A DNA stretch of 64,000 bases, taken from contig JBNJDE010000001.1 of NCBI GenBank assembly GCA_051744605.1, positions 1,580-65,579 of the forward strand. Reading direction: 5' to 3'. Below the pieces are notes generated by a model. The model saw only the letters and a program-made list of their open reading frames with translations, was not told the DNA's origin and made no database searches. The stretch is from Halobacteriota archaeon. Its GTDB lineage: Archaea > Halobacteriota > Halobacteria > Halobacteriales > Halobacteriaceae. A program made the translations under genes and the position numbers. Positions 8,992 through 17,916 of the stretch are shown here, one piece after another (the first letter of the stretch is position 1; each line of letters opens with the position of its first letter).

Positions 8992-9426
8992 ATGCTCCTG
9001 GACCCGATCGACGCCCCTGAGGAAACGACGGCCGAGGACCTCCATCTCGCGTACCTCGAGGAACTCGCCGCGGTCGTCTCGGACGTGGGCGTCGACGAAG
9101 CGGCGGACCGGACGGAGATACCTGCAGACGTACTCACGGCGCTCGTCTCCGGTGAGCACCCGGATCTCGTGCTGGACGACGCGGCGGCGATACTGGCGTT
9201 GACCGACGAGTGGCCGGACGCGGACGTGGTGATGCTCGAGATCCGCGACTCGATCATGCTGGGGATGAGTTCGGCGGTCCTCGACGTCGACGCGCTCGAG
9301 CGAGAACTCGACGACGGGCTGGACGCGAAGACGATCCAGCAGATGATCGAGGGACGGCGGCCGATGCCACTCGCGGAGTACGCCGCTATCGCGCTGACCA
9401 TCGAACGAGAGAACGACTACGCCTAG
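8992..9426 (+). CDS. Conserved haloarchaeal protein with HTH-like segments (DUF5791-like, from memory)
   Basis: 144-aa acidic ORF; GVDEAADRTEIPADVLTAL and GLDAKTIQQMIEGRRPM resemble HTH motifs. Confidence 0.65.
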   Translation: MLLDPIDAPEETTAEDLHLAYLEELAAVVSDVGVDEAADRTEIPADVLTALVSGEHPDLVLDDAAAILALTDEWPDADVVMLEIRDSIMLGMSSAVLDVDALERELDDGLDAKTIQQMIEGRRPMPLAEYAAIALTIERENDYA

Positions 9427-9590
9427 AGCTGTTTGTACTCGGCCCCGCAGTCCGGACACCGACGCACGGCGTAGATCTCGTCCGGGTCGTCCTCGCGGTT
9501 GAGTTGCGCTCCGCACGCGGAACACACCAGTCTATCGTAGGTATCTCGTTCCAGTTTGCCGGCCCGGAGGCCCTTGCGTACGGATTCCAT
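9423..9590 (-). CDS. CPxCG-type zinc-finger microprotein (HVO_0758 family)
   Basis: 55 aa MESVRKGLRAGKLERDTYDRLVCSACG…RRCPDCGAEYKQL, with two CxxCG knuckles. Closely resembles the recalled sequence of Haloferax volcanii HVO_0758. Confidence 0.85.
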   Translation of the reverse strand: MESVRKGLRAGKLERDTYDRLVCSACGAQLNREDDPDEIYAVRRCPDCGAEYKQL

Positions 9591-9697
9591 ATTGGTAGTG
9601 GGTTCCGGGGTGGGAAAAATACCGTGGTCATTGCCACCAGTTCGGATACCGGTCCGGAACCGCAACGTTTGAGCGACCCACGTCGGTACCTCGCGAC

Positions 9698-10903
9698 GTG
9701 AGCATGCGAGTGGCGGCCGACGGGGAGACAGAGCGGATCCACGTCTTCGGCTCGCTGTGCCTGCTGGTCTTCCTCGTGAACTTCGGCCGCATCGTGTTCG
9801 CGCCGCTGCTCGACCCCTTCATGGGCACGTTCGGGGTCGGCGAGGCGACCGTCGGACTGGTGGCCACGCTGGCCTGGCTGGGCAGTGCGGTCCCTCGTCT
9901 GCCGACGGGCTACCTCCTCCTGTATCTCGACCGCCACCGGGTGGTGTTGCTGACCGGCCTGCTCCTCGCGGCGTCCTCGGCGTTCACCGCGACCGCGGAG
10001 TCCATCCTCCACGTGGGCGTCGGGGCGTTCGTCATGGGGAGTTCGAGTGGTGCGTACTTCGTCGCCGCCAATCCGCTCGTCAGCGAGCTGTTCCCGGACC
10101 GGGTCGGGCGAGTGATCGGGATCCACGGCACCGCATCGCAACTTGCTGCGGTGGTCGCACCGCTGTCCATCGGTCTGGTCATCGCGGTGTCCACCTGGCG
10201 GACGGTCTTCTGGGCGTTGAGCATCGTCGCGCTCGTCGGGACCGCCGGGCTGTACGTCGCGGCGAGGCGTGCCACCCTCCCGACGGTACAGTCGGGCGAG
10301 CGCCGGTTGCTCCAGTCGGTCAGGAACCAGTGGCCCATCGTCCTCACGGGGGTCGCCATCATCGGCGCGACCGGATTCGTCTGGAACGGCTTCTTCAACT
10401 TCTACGTGAGCTATCTGACTGCGACGAAAGGCATCGGGCTGGGGACCGCCCAGACGCTGTTGACCGTGGTGTTCGCCGCGGGCGTCCCCGCGTTCTGGTA
10501 CACCGGGCGGCTGGCCGACCGGATGAACCACGTCACGCTGATGCTCGCCATCCTGATCGCCTTTCTGAGCACGCTGCTCGTACTGACCGCCGTCCAGTCG
10601 CTTCCCGCGGTCGTCGCGGTGTCCATCGTGCTGGGGTACGTCGTCCACAGTCTCTTCCCCGCGCTCGACACCTACCTCCTCGACAACCTCCCGGACACGG
10701 ACCGAGCGAGCGCGTACGCCGCGTACAGTGCGTCGATGATGCTCATCCAGGCGGGGGCGAGCGTGGTGGTCGGGTGGCTGGTCGAGAACGGCTTCGCGTA
10801 CGACACCGTGTATCGGTCCTTTGTCGTCGGACTGTTCGTCATCTTCGTCGGCCTCGTGTGGCTGCGCCGGGCGGACCGGCTCCCGGAAGCGGCCAGGGGT
10901 TGA
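9698..10903 (+). CDS. MFS transporter
   Basis: About 12 hydrophobic segments; MFS motif-like GRLADRMNH. Start may instead be ATG 9704. Confidence 0.9.
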   Translation: MSMRVAADGETERIHVFGSLCLLVFLVNFGRIVFAPLLDPFMGTFGVGEATVGLVATLAWLGSAVPRLPTGYLLLYLDRHRVVLLTGLLLAASSAFTATAESILHVGVGAFVMGSSSGAYFVAANPLVSELFPDRVGRVIGIHGTASQLAAVVAPLSIGLVIAVSTWRTVFWALSIVALVGTAGLYVAARRATLPTVQSGERRLLQSVRNQWPIVLTGVAIIGATGFVWNGFFNFYVSYLTATKGIGLGTAQTLLTVVFAAGVPAFWYTGRLADRMNHVTLMLAILIAFLSTLLVLTAVQSLPAVVAVSIVLGYVVHSLFPALDTYLLDNLPDTDRASAYAAYSASMMLIQAGASVVVGWLVENGFAYDTVYRSFVVGLFVIFVGLVWLRRADRLPEAARG

Positions 10904-10975
10904 CCTGTCGCGCACTCGATCTCGAGGCGGCTCAGCGCCGGAAGGTAAATCCACCTGGCGGTCGGCTATCACGAC

Positions 10976-12067
10976 ATGGATTACACGCAGGAACGGGTCG
11001 CCACCCTGCACGATTTCGGCGACGCGGACCCGGCGTTCGCGCCCCAGCGGGCGGCACTCGTCGTCCCGATGACCGACCGGGACGCCGGCAGTCTCACCGC
11101 CGACCGCCTCTTCTCCTCGCTCGGCGAACTCGGACTGGCGTCGGTCATCGCGCCGATACGGGCTCCCGAAGAGCGCATCCCCTCGATCGTGGACTGGGTG
11201 ACGGGCTTCGAGGTGGACGTCCAGCCGGTGTGGTGTAACGGCCCCGCCCTCGAATCGCTTTTGGCCGATCACGGCCTCGATGGAGAGGCCGGGAAGGGTC
11301 GCGACGTCTGGGTGGGCGTGGGACTGGCTGGCGAGGTGGACCACGTCGTCTTCCACGATGCGGACGTCACGAGTTACGAGCCCCGGGACATCCGGAAGCT
11401 CCTCTCGCCGCTCGAGGGGGACGCGTCGTTCACGAAGGCGTACTACGCCAGGGTAGAGGACGGCAACCTGTACGGTCGGCTGTTCAGGCTCCTCTACGAA
11501 CCGCTGATCACGAGCCTCGAAGGTGCCCATCCGGCGCCGATCCTCGGGTACCTCGGCGCGTTCAGATACGCCCTGGCCGGGGAGTTCGCGATGACGACCG
11601 ACGTCGCCCACTCGATGCGGGTGCCGCGCCGATGGGGACTGGAGGTCGGAACGCTCGGCGAGGCGTACCGGACGGTGGGGTTCGAGGGGACTGCCCAGGT
11701 CGACCTCGGCCGCTACGAACACGGTCACCGAGCGGTGTCGGGTCCCGAGGGGCTGTCGACGATGGCGGTCGGCGTGGCGGAGACGGTGTTCAGAGTCCTC
11801 GAGGACCAGGGGGTCGAACCGGCGTACGGGGAACTGGTCGCTGCCTTCGAACGCGAGGGCGTGCAGCTCGTCCGCCAGTACAGCGCGGACGCCCGATTCA
11901 ACGACTTCCAGTACGACGAGGAGGCCGAGCGAGAACAGGTAGGGGCGTACGCGCAGGCGATAGCGCCGCCCGGACCGGACGACCGGTTGCCGGCCTGGTC
12001 GAAGACCGACCTGGACATGGCGACGCTCCTCGAGGTCGTCCGCTCCGACCTGAATCGGGCACAGTGA
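10976..12067 (+). CDS. Glucosyl-3-phosphoglycerate synthase-like glycosyltransferase (GT-A)
   Basis: GKGRDVW, FHDAD (DxD), KAYYAR, GRLFRL, YALAGEFAM, WGLEVGTL and YEHGH motifs typical of GpgS/MpgS-like enzymes. Confidence 0.75.
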   Translation: MDYTQERVATLHDFGDADPAFAPQRAALVVPMTDRDAGSLTADRLFSSLGELGLASVIAPIRAPEERIPSIVDWVTGFEVDVQPVWCNGPALESLLADHGLDGEAGKGRDVWVGVGLAGEVDHVVFHDADVTSYEPRDIRKLLSPLEGDASFTKAYYARVEDGNLYGRLFRLLYEPLITSLEGAHPAPILGYLGAFRYALAGEFAMTTDVAHSMRVPRRWGLEVGTLGEAYRTVGFEGTAQVDLGRYEHGHRAVSGPEGLSTMAVGVAETVFRVLEDQGVEPAYGELVAAFEREGVQLVRQYSADARFNDFQYDEEAEREQVGAYAQAIAPPGPDDRLPAWSKTDLDMATLLEVVRSDLNRAQ

Positions 12068-12093
12068 AGTCTCTCGACGAAGAGTGCACTCGT

Positions 12094-12561
12094 ATGCACA
12101 TCGACGCCGACGAGTTGGCCGGTATCGTCGACCTGTTCGGGCTGCTCCCCCGGTCGGCGCTCCTGGACGCCGTCCGCGAACTGGCCTTTCGCCGCGACGT
12201 CTCCTTCGACGCCGCAGAGACCGAGGCGGCTATCGACGATGCCGTGGCCTCGTTCGTCCTGGTCCAGTTCGAATACGAGGGCGAATCGGTCCTCGTTCCC
12301 GGACCGACGGCGTTCCCGATGCTCCCCGAGGGGGCCGAGGACCTTCCGCACATCCTGGACGCCGAACGTCGCGACGTCGACCGGTCGGTCCTCGCCGACC
12401 CGATCCGCGACCGACTCACGCAGGCCGCCTCGCAGGTGCAAGACCCCGAACGGGCCCACGAACTCCTCGACGTCACCTACGATGCGGAGGCCTGGACCGA
12501 CGTCGACTTGACGGCCGTCCGGGACCGGCTGGAACGGGTCACCGGTGCGGGCCCCGGGTGA
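12094..12561 (+). CDS. Conserved haloarchaeal hypothetical protein
   Basis: ATG at 12094 (MHIDADELAGIVDLFG…), acidic composition, sits between flanking genes in operon spacing. Confidence 0.7.
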   Translation: MHIDADELAGIVDLFGLLPRSALLDAVRELAFRRDVSFDAAETEAAIDDAVASFVLVQFEYEGESVLVPGPTAFPMLPEGAEDLPHILDAERRDVDRSVLADPIRDRLTQAASQVQDPERAHELLDVTYDAEAWTDVDLTAVRDRLERVTGAGPG

Positions 12562-12591
12562 GTTAAGGCCTTCCACCGGCTGGAATGGAAC

Positions 12592-13200
12592 ATGGACCTG
12601 GGTCGGGTGGCCGAACACACTCCCCGGATCATCGAGGACGAGGACCGCGACGCGGCGGTACTGGTCCCCGTCATCCGGCGGTCCGACGGTCACCACCTGC
12701 TGTTCATCAAGCGTGGCGATCACCTCGGGGAACACCCCGGGCAGATGGGGTTCCCGGGTGGTGGCCACGAACCGAGCGACGACGACCTCTGCGAGACCGC
12801 CGTCCGGGAGGCGGGCGAGGAGGTGGGACTCCGTCGGGACGAGATCGAGTTCGTCGGCCAACTCGACGACACCAGGACGACGTCTCGATACGCGGTGACT
12901 CCGTACGTGGCCCGCATCCCGGACCGCACCTATCGACCCGACGAGCGGGAGGTCTCCGAGGTCGCCATCCTGCCCATCGATGCGCTGACCGACCCGGCGA
13001 ACTACGAGGTCGAACGGCGCGAACATCCCCGCTATGGCGAGGTGTTCGTCCACTTCTTCAGGGTCGACGGCTACACCGTCTGGGGGGCCACGGGGCGGAT
13101 GCTCGTCCAGTTCCTCGAACTCGCGACGGACTGGCGGCCACCCGGCGGCGTCGGACACGTCGTCGATCCGGAGGCAGACCTCCGGACCGGCGGTCGTTGA
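12592..13200 (+). CDS. Nudix hydrolase, CoA pyrophosphatase-like
   Basis: Nudix box GGGHEPSDDDLCETAVREAGEEVGL, upstream HPGQMGFPGG and downstream VWGATG motifs. Confidence 0.9.
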   Translation: MDLGRVAEHTPRIIEDEDRDAAVLVPVIRRSDGHHLLFIKRGDHLGEHPGQMGFPGGGHEPSDDDLCETAVREAGEEVGLRRDEIEFVGQLDDTRTTSRYAVTPYVARIPDRTYRPDEREVSEVAILPIDALTDPANYEVERREHPRYGEVFVHFFRVDGYTVWGATGRMLVQFLELATDWRPPGGVGHVVDPEADLRTGGR

Positions 13201-13333
13201 CGTGAGCGGTACACTTATCCACGTGGCCAGGGTACGACTGTATCACATGGTCGCAACGACGATGGATCGAGTTCCGGCACGGCACTGATTCTCTCACTAC
13301 GGCGGTAGTACACGGTTTCGGCGGTGATGGTCG

Positions 13334-14155
13334 ATGTTGAGTAGCCGAGAGGCTATCGGCCGGACCTGCGCGGAAACCGGTACGGGAACGCTCGTCGAAG
13401 ATACCTGCCTCGACGGGGTCGCCCTCAAACCGACGGAGGTCGACATCGACGGCGCCCACGAGGTCCCTCTGGGGACGTTCACCGTGGACTACGAGGGCCA
13501 CGAGCACGTCCCCGACGTGGCGACGCTCGAGCGACTGGCGGCGGACCGGGAGGTCCGGGTAACGGTCCCCGTCCGCGCCGACGGGTTCGATCCGCTCGGC
13601 GATTCGAGCGCCCTCGAGGCGCTCCCCGAGACGGCCGATATCGTCTTCGTCGCCGGGAACCCCGCCTACCTCGAGGAGCACGAGCAGCAACGAGCGGTCG
13701 CCCCACGACTCGGCGCGGCCGTCGAAGCCGTCTCGAACGCCTGGGTCGGCACGGAGGGCATCGAACGTCTCGCGCTCGCCACCGGGGCGACGCAGTTCGA
13801 ACTCCTCTCGCGGACCACCGAGCGGACCGTCCACGCGCTTCGGTCGGCTGGCTTCGGTGGCGACGTCGCGGTGTACGCACCGACCGTGTTGACCGACGAC
13901 GAGGACGAGATCCTCGACGCCGTCGGCGCGTACGTCTCGCGACGGAAGCCCGTCGCCAGGGCGCTGCCCGAAGACGCACCCACCGACAGTACCGCGACGG
14001 GACGGGCCCGCTCGGTGCTCCTGGACGCAGCGACGGACTACGCGCTCGTCGGATCGCGAGGGTCGGTCCACGAGCAAGTAGAATCGCTACGCGAGGCCGG
14101 CGTCGACACCGTCGTCGGGTACCCCGCACGGGGCCTCGAAGAGTTCGTGGGCTGA
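13334..14155 (+). CDS. Conserved haloarchaeal protein, possibly luciferase-like TIM barrel
   Basis: 273-aa acidic ORF with alternating beta/alpha pattern (VALKP, VRVTVPVRADGFDPLGD, VAVYAPTV, VVGYPARG). Confidence 0.65.
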   Translation: MLSSREAIGRTCAETGTGTLVEDTCLDGVALKPTEVDIDGAHEVPLGTFTVDYEGHEHVPDVATLERLAADREVRVTVPVRADGFDPLGDSSALEALPETADIVFVAGNPAYLEEHEQQRAVAPRLGAAVEAVSNAWVGTEGIERLALATGATQFELLSRTTERTVHALRSAGFGGDVAVYAPTVLTDDEDEILDAVGAYVSRRKPVARALPEDAPTDSTATGRARSVLLDAATDYALVGSRGSVHEQVESLREAGVDTVVGYPARGLEEFVG

Positions 14156-14156
14156 C

Positions 14157-14573
14157 TCAGGCGTCGCTGTCGTCGACGTCGTCCTCGTCGGCCTTCGGCA
14201 ACCGAACCTGGAGCGTGCCGTCCTCCTTCAGCGTCGCCCGCGTCCGCTCCAGGTCGACGACGGCGTCGTCCGGGAGTTCCGCTCGTCCCTCCAGGGCGAG
14301 GCCACGACCGGGGAATCGCATCTCGTAGCCCTCGTGAAAGGTCCTGAACCGATCGACGCGGACCTCGATTCCCCCGGTCTCGTACCACACCTGGATGTCG
14401 GTGATCGTGGCACCCGGGGCGTCGAAGAGGACGAGGTAAGCCTCCGGGTTCTCGAGGAGGTCCGAGCGCAGCGGCGTTGCTTCGTGGAAGCGCGACGCGA
14501 CCTGGCCGACGGTGTCGACGACGGCGTCCCCGATGCGTTTGACGGGTCGGGTGAGGGGCACGTTACTGGTCAT
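14157..14573 (-). CDS. Hsp20/alpha-crystallin family small heat-shock protein
   Basis: DLLENPEAYLVLFDAPG … ATLKEDGTLQVRLPK alpha-crystallin signature. Confidence 0.85.
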   Translation of the reverse strand: MTSNVPLTRPVKRIGDAVVDTVGQVASRFHEATPLRSDLLENPEAYLVLFDAPGATITDIQVWYETGGIEVRVDRFRTFHEGYEMRFPGRGLALEGRAELPDDAVVDLERTRATLKEDGTLQVRLPKADEDDVDDSDA

Positions 14574-14706
14574 GGGGTACCTCCTGACGGCTCCGTCGGA
14601 AACGACGTGGCCGTCGGTGGTATGGGAGATCGTTGGCTCGCCACGGGCTTAAGCCCGGGGGCCGGGGAGCGCCCGGCTTATATCTATCCGTGCCCAAACC
14701 CGCCCG

Positions 14707-16407
14707 ATGACCGATCCTGGTGACCTCGCGGTGACGCTCGTCGACGGGTACGTCGACGAGCCGGCACACTTCGGCGTCCCACCCTACGTGTCGACGTACC
14801 CCCGGTACGTCGCGGGTGCGCTCGTGGACGTCGGCGTGCCGGCGGCGAACGTCACCTATCACACTATCGACGCCCTCCGCGAGGAGCGGGGCCGATGGGC
14901 CGACGTCGACGACGCGGACCTGCTCGTCTACCTCGGGGGGATGACGGTTCCGGGCCGGTACGTCGGCGGGACGCCCGCCGAACCGGAGGAGGTCCGCGAG
15001 ATCGCGTGGACCGCCTCGGGCACGACCGTGATGGGCGGCCCCATCAGGTTCGGTGTCGGCGAGGAGAACGCGGGCGCCATCGAGACCGAACGCGACGATC
15101 TCGACTTCGACTACGTCGCTGGTGGCGACGTCGAGGCAGCCATCCACGATCTCGTCGCAAACGGGCTCGAGGGCTTCAACCGCCGGTATCGAACCGTCGA
15201 GGAGGGCTCGCGATGGGCGCGCAAGGGCGCCTTCGTCGTCGAGCAGCACCCCAACTTCCCCGAGTACCTCATCGCCGAACTCGAGACCTCGCGGGGCTGT
15301 GCCTACCGGTGTTCGTTCTGTACGGAACCGATGTACGGCGATCCGACGTTTCGGGCGCCCGAGTCGGTGGTATCGGAGGTCGCGGCCCTGTACGACCGCG
15401 GGGTTCGTCACTTCCGCATCGGCAGGCAGGCCGACATCCTGGCCTACGGCGGTGACGGCGAGGCGCCGAACCCTGCCGCGCTGCGCGAACTGTACACGGG
15501 CATCCGCGAGGCGGCGCCGGACCTGGGGACGCTGCACCTCGACAACATGAACCCGGTGACGATCACGGACTACCCCGAGGCGTCCCGGGAGGCCATCGAG
15601 ATCATCGCCACCCACAACACGCCCGGCGACACGGCAGCCTTCGGGGTCGAGAGCGCGGATCCCGTCGTGCAGGCCGAGAACAACCTGCTCGTGACCGCCG
15701 ACGAAGCGCTCGAGGCGATCCGCATCGTCAACGAGGTCGGCGGGTGGCGACCCGGCGAGGACCCGGCCGACGCTCCGACGACTGGCCCGGATGCGAGTCG
15801 TCGCCTCCCGAAATTGCTCCCCGGTATCAATCTGGTTCACGGGCTCGCGGGCGAACGCGAGGAGACCTTCGAGCACAACCGCCGGTTCCTGGAACGGATC
15901 CTCGAGGCGGACCTGCTGGTCAGGCGGATCAACATCAGACAGGTGATGGCCTTCGAGGGGACGGAGATGGCCGAGACGGGCGCCCAGCTCGCCGCCGACC
16001 ACAAGGGGCAGTTCAAACAGTACAAGCGGGCCGTCCGCGAGGAGATCGATAACCCGATGCTGCAGCGCGTCGCCCCGTTGGGAACGATCCTCGAGGACGT
16101 CCACCTCGAGTACCACGACTCGGGGACGACGTTCGGGCGCCAGCTGGGCACCTACCCGTTGTTGGTCGGCATCCCGGGCGAGCGGGACCTCGGCCGCGTC
16201 ATCGACGTCGCGATCACCGGCCACGGCTACCGCTCCGTCTCCGGGGTCCCCTATCCGCTGTCCGTCGAGTCGGCCACCATGGACGAACTGACGGCCATCC
16301 CCGGCATCGGCAGCGGGACGGCTGGAGACGTGATCGTGGGTCGGCCCTACGACTCGCTATCGGCGGTCCCAGGCGCCGATGCACTCGCTCCCTTCGTGGC
16401 CGACTGA
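14707..16407 (+). CDS. Radical SAM enzyme with C-terminal TRAM-like and helix-hairpin-helix regions (COG1031-like)
   Basis: CxxxCxxC in ETSRGCAYRCSFC, GRQ…LGTYP…VGIPG beta region, HhH motif ELTAIPGIGSGTA. Confidence 0.85.
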   Translation: MTDPGDLAVTLVDGYVDEPAHFGVPPYVSTYPRYVAGALVDVGVPAANVTYHTIDALREERGRWADVDDADLLVYLGGMTVPGRYVGGTPAEPEEVREIAWTASGTTVMGGPIRFGVGEENAGAIETERDDLDFDYVAGGDVEAAIHDLVANGLEGFNRRYRTVEEGSRWARKGAFVVEQHPNFPEYLIAELETSRGCAYRCSFCTEPMYGDPTFRAPESVVSEVAALYDRGVRHFRIGRQADILAYGGDGEAPNPAALRELYTGIREAAPDLGTLHLDNMNPVTITDYPEASREAIEIIATHNTPGDTAAFGVESADPVVQAENNLLVTADEALEAIRIVNEVGGWRPGEDPADAPTTGPDASRRLPKLLPGINLVHGLAGEREETFEHNRRFLERILEADLLVRRINIRQVMAFEGTEMAETGAQLAADHKGQFKQYKRAVREEIDNPMLQRVAPLGTILEDVHLEYHDSGTTFGRQLGTYPLLVGIPGERDLGRVIDVAITGHGYRSVSGVPYPLSVESATMDELTAIPGIGSGTAGDVIVGRPYDSLSAVPGADALAPFVAD

Positions 16408-16444
16408 GGGTCACACCGAAACCCGGACCGGGCGTGCCCGCGTT

Positions 16445-16852
16445 TCAGGCGAACTCCTCTTCGACGATCTCGCCGACCGCGAAGTTCGATTTCACTTCCG
16501 TGATCTCGACTTTGACCCGTTCGCCCACGTCGGCGTCCGGGACGATGATGACGTAGCCCCGCTCGACGCGGGCGATGCCGTCGCCCTGCTTGCCGATGTC
16601 CTCGATCTCGACGTATCGGAGTTCGCCCTGTTCGACCGGTGGCTGGGGTTCCGACGGCGGAATGGTCTCCTCGTCGGGCGTGGACTCGGTCTGTGCTTCG
16701 TCCGCCCTGTCGATGAGCGCGACGCGGTAGACGTCCCCGGGAGTGACGATCCCGTTCTCGATCTCGCGGCGTGGGATCTCGACGACGTACTCGTCGTCGG
16801 TCAGGGTCACTTCGGCATTGAACAGACAGAGGAGGTTCTCGGAGATCTCCAT
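16445..16852 (-). CDS. TRAM domain-containing protein
   Basis: C-terminal PPVEQGELRYVEIEDIGKQGDGIARVERGYVIIVPDADVGERVKVEI is a classic TRAM domain. ATG at 16852. Confidence 0.9.
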   Translation of the reverse strand: MEISENLLCLFNAEVTLTDDEYVVEIPRREIENGIVTPGDVYRVALIDRADEAQTESTPDEETIPPSEPQPPVEQGELRYVEIEDIGKQGDGIARVERGYVIIVPDADVGERVKVEITEVKSNFAVGEIVEEEFA

Positions 16853-16884
16853 AGTTCTGGATACATCCGACGGTGTCACCCGCC

Positions 16885-17541
16885 TTAGTAGTTGTCACCG
16901 TGGCCCGAGATCGGGGTCCCATCGGCTCGTTTCGCCCCTTCGGAGTCGTGGACCACGGTTCCGACGTCGTCGACGGATTCGTAGCCGTCGCGAACGGCGA
17001 TCGCCTCCCGGAGTTCGACGATGGTCCGTCGCTTGAGGGTCTCGGCGAGGTCGCGGGCGTCCGCTCGCGAGATGTCCCGCCCGACGCCCTCGCATTCGTG
17101 CACCTGGAGCGCCCCGACCTGTTCGACGACGGCGCCAGGCGCGTCGCCGCCGTCGCCGATGTCGAGGCTGAACGGATAGGTCTGACAGATGAATGGCCGT
17201 TCGGGATGGACGGAGCACGCCCCGAGTCCGTCGGCCTCCTCGTAGAACACACAGTCGCCGCAATCGTCGACCTGGAGGGCCCACTCGAAGGTCTCACCCT
17301 GGCCATCCGCGTCGAGTCCGTACGGCATCGGCCGGGCCACGGCCGACCATTCGCGATCGGTGGCCGTCTGGAGCGTGCGGATTTCGTCGGGAAAGACCGT
17401 CGCCGTGTGGGCCTGCTCGCCATCGGCGGTACAGCACTCGCCACACCGGGTACATTCGAACCCGACCGACTCGATGGACGCGGCGATGGCGTCGACGTCG
17501 ACCTCGCGTGCGGCCACGAGCTCCGCCTCCAGGCTCTTCAT
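16885..17541 (-). CDS. YkgJ/UPF0153 family cysteine-cluster (putative Fe-S/Zn) protein
   Basis: CTRCGECC, CVFY, CSVHPERPFICQTYPF cysteine pattern. Confidence 0.85.
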   Translation of the reverse strand: MKSLEAELVAAREVDVDAIAASIESVGFECTRCGECCTADGEQAHTATVFPDEIRTLQTATDREWSAVARPMPYGLDADGQGETFEWALQVDDCGDCVFYEEADGLGACSVHPERPFICQTYPFSLDIGDGGDAPGAVVEQVGALQVHECEGVGRDISRADARDLAETLKRRTIVELREAIAVRDGYESVDDVGTVVHDSEGAKRADGTPISGHGDNY

Positions 17542-17628
17542 GTGTTCTCCAGGGGTGCGGGGCGGAAAAGCCGCCCGTTCGCCGTCGTGACTGGTGGATG
17601 GATAGCAGTGTTGAGAAGTGGTGTCGAG

Positions 17629-17898
17629 TCAGACGTCGAGGTAGTAGACCTGCTTGCGCGCGTCGCGGAAGCTGTACCGGGATTCGACGAGGTCCGCGTC
17701 GTCGAGACGGTTGAGCGCGTATCGGACCGTCCGATCCGGAAGCAGACTCTCCTCGGCCAGTTGCCCCTGGGAGAGGGGGTTATCGCTCTCGAGGACCTTG
17801 GCAACCAGCTTCGCACTCGGCGGGAGTTCGCGGAGGCGCTCGCGGAACTCTTCGTTCGACTGGATCGGCGATTGCCCTTGCGTGGCGGTCGTGCTCAT
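17629..17898 (-). CDS. Small winged-helix transcriptional regulator
   Basis: LPPSAKLVAKVLESDNPLSQGQLAEESLLPDRTVRYALNRL … SFRDARKQVY wHTH pattern. Confidence 0.85.
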   Translation of the reverse strand: MSTTATQGQSPIQSNEEFRERLRELPPSAKLVAKVLESDNPLSQGQLAEESLLPDRTVRYALNRLDDADLVESRYSFRDARKQVYYLDV

Positions 17899-17916
17899 GC
17901 CTTTCATTCACAAACC

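Noticed and set aside
5907-11728. Long antisense ORFs (5907..7889, 9386..11728) and similar ones elsewhere, e.g. 14563..16224, 38073..39785, 50630..53455
   Set aside because: They are shadows of real genes caused by high GC3 content (few stops on the opposite strand) and have no motifs or acidic bias of their own.
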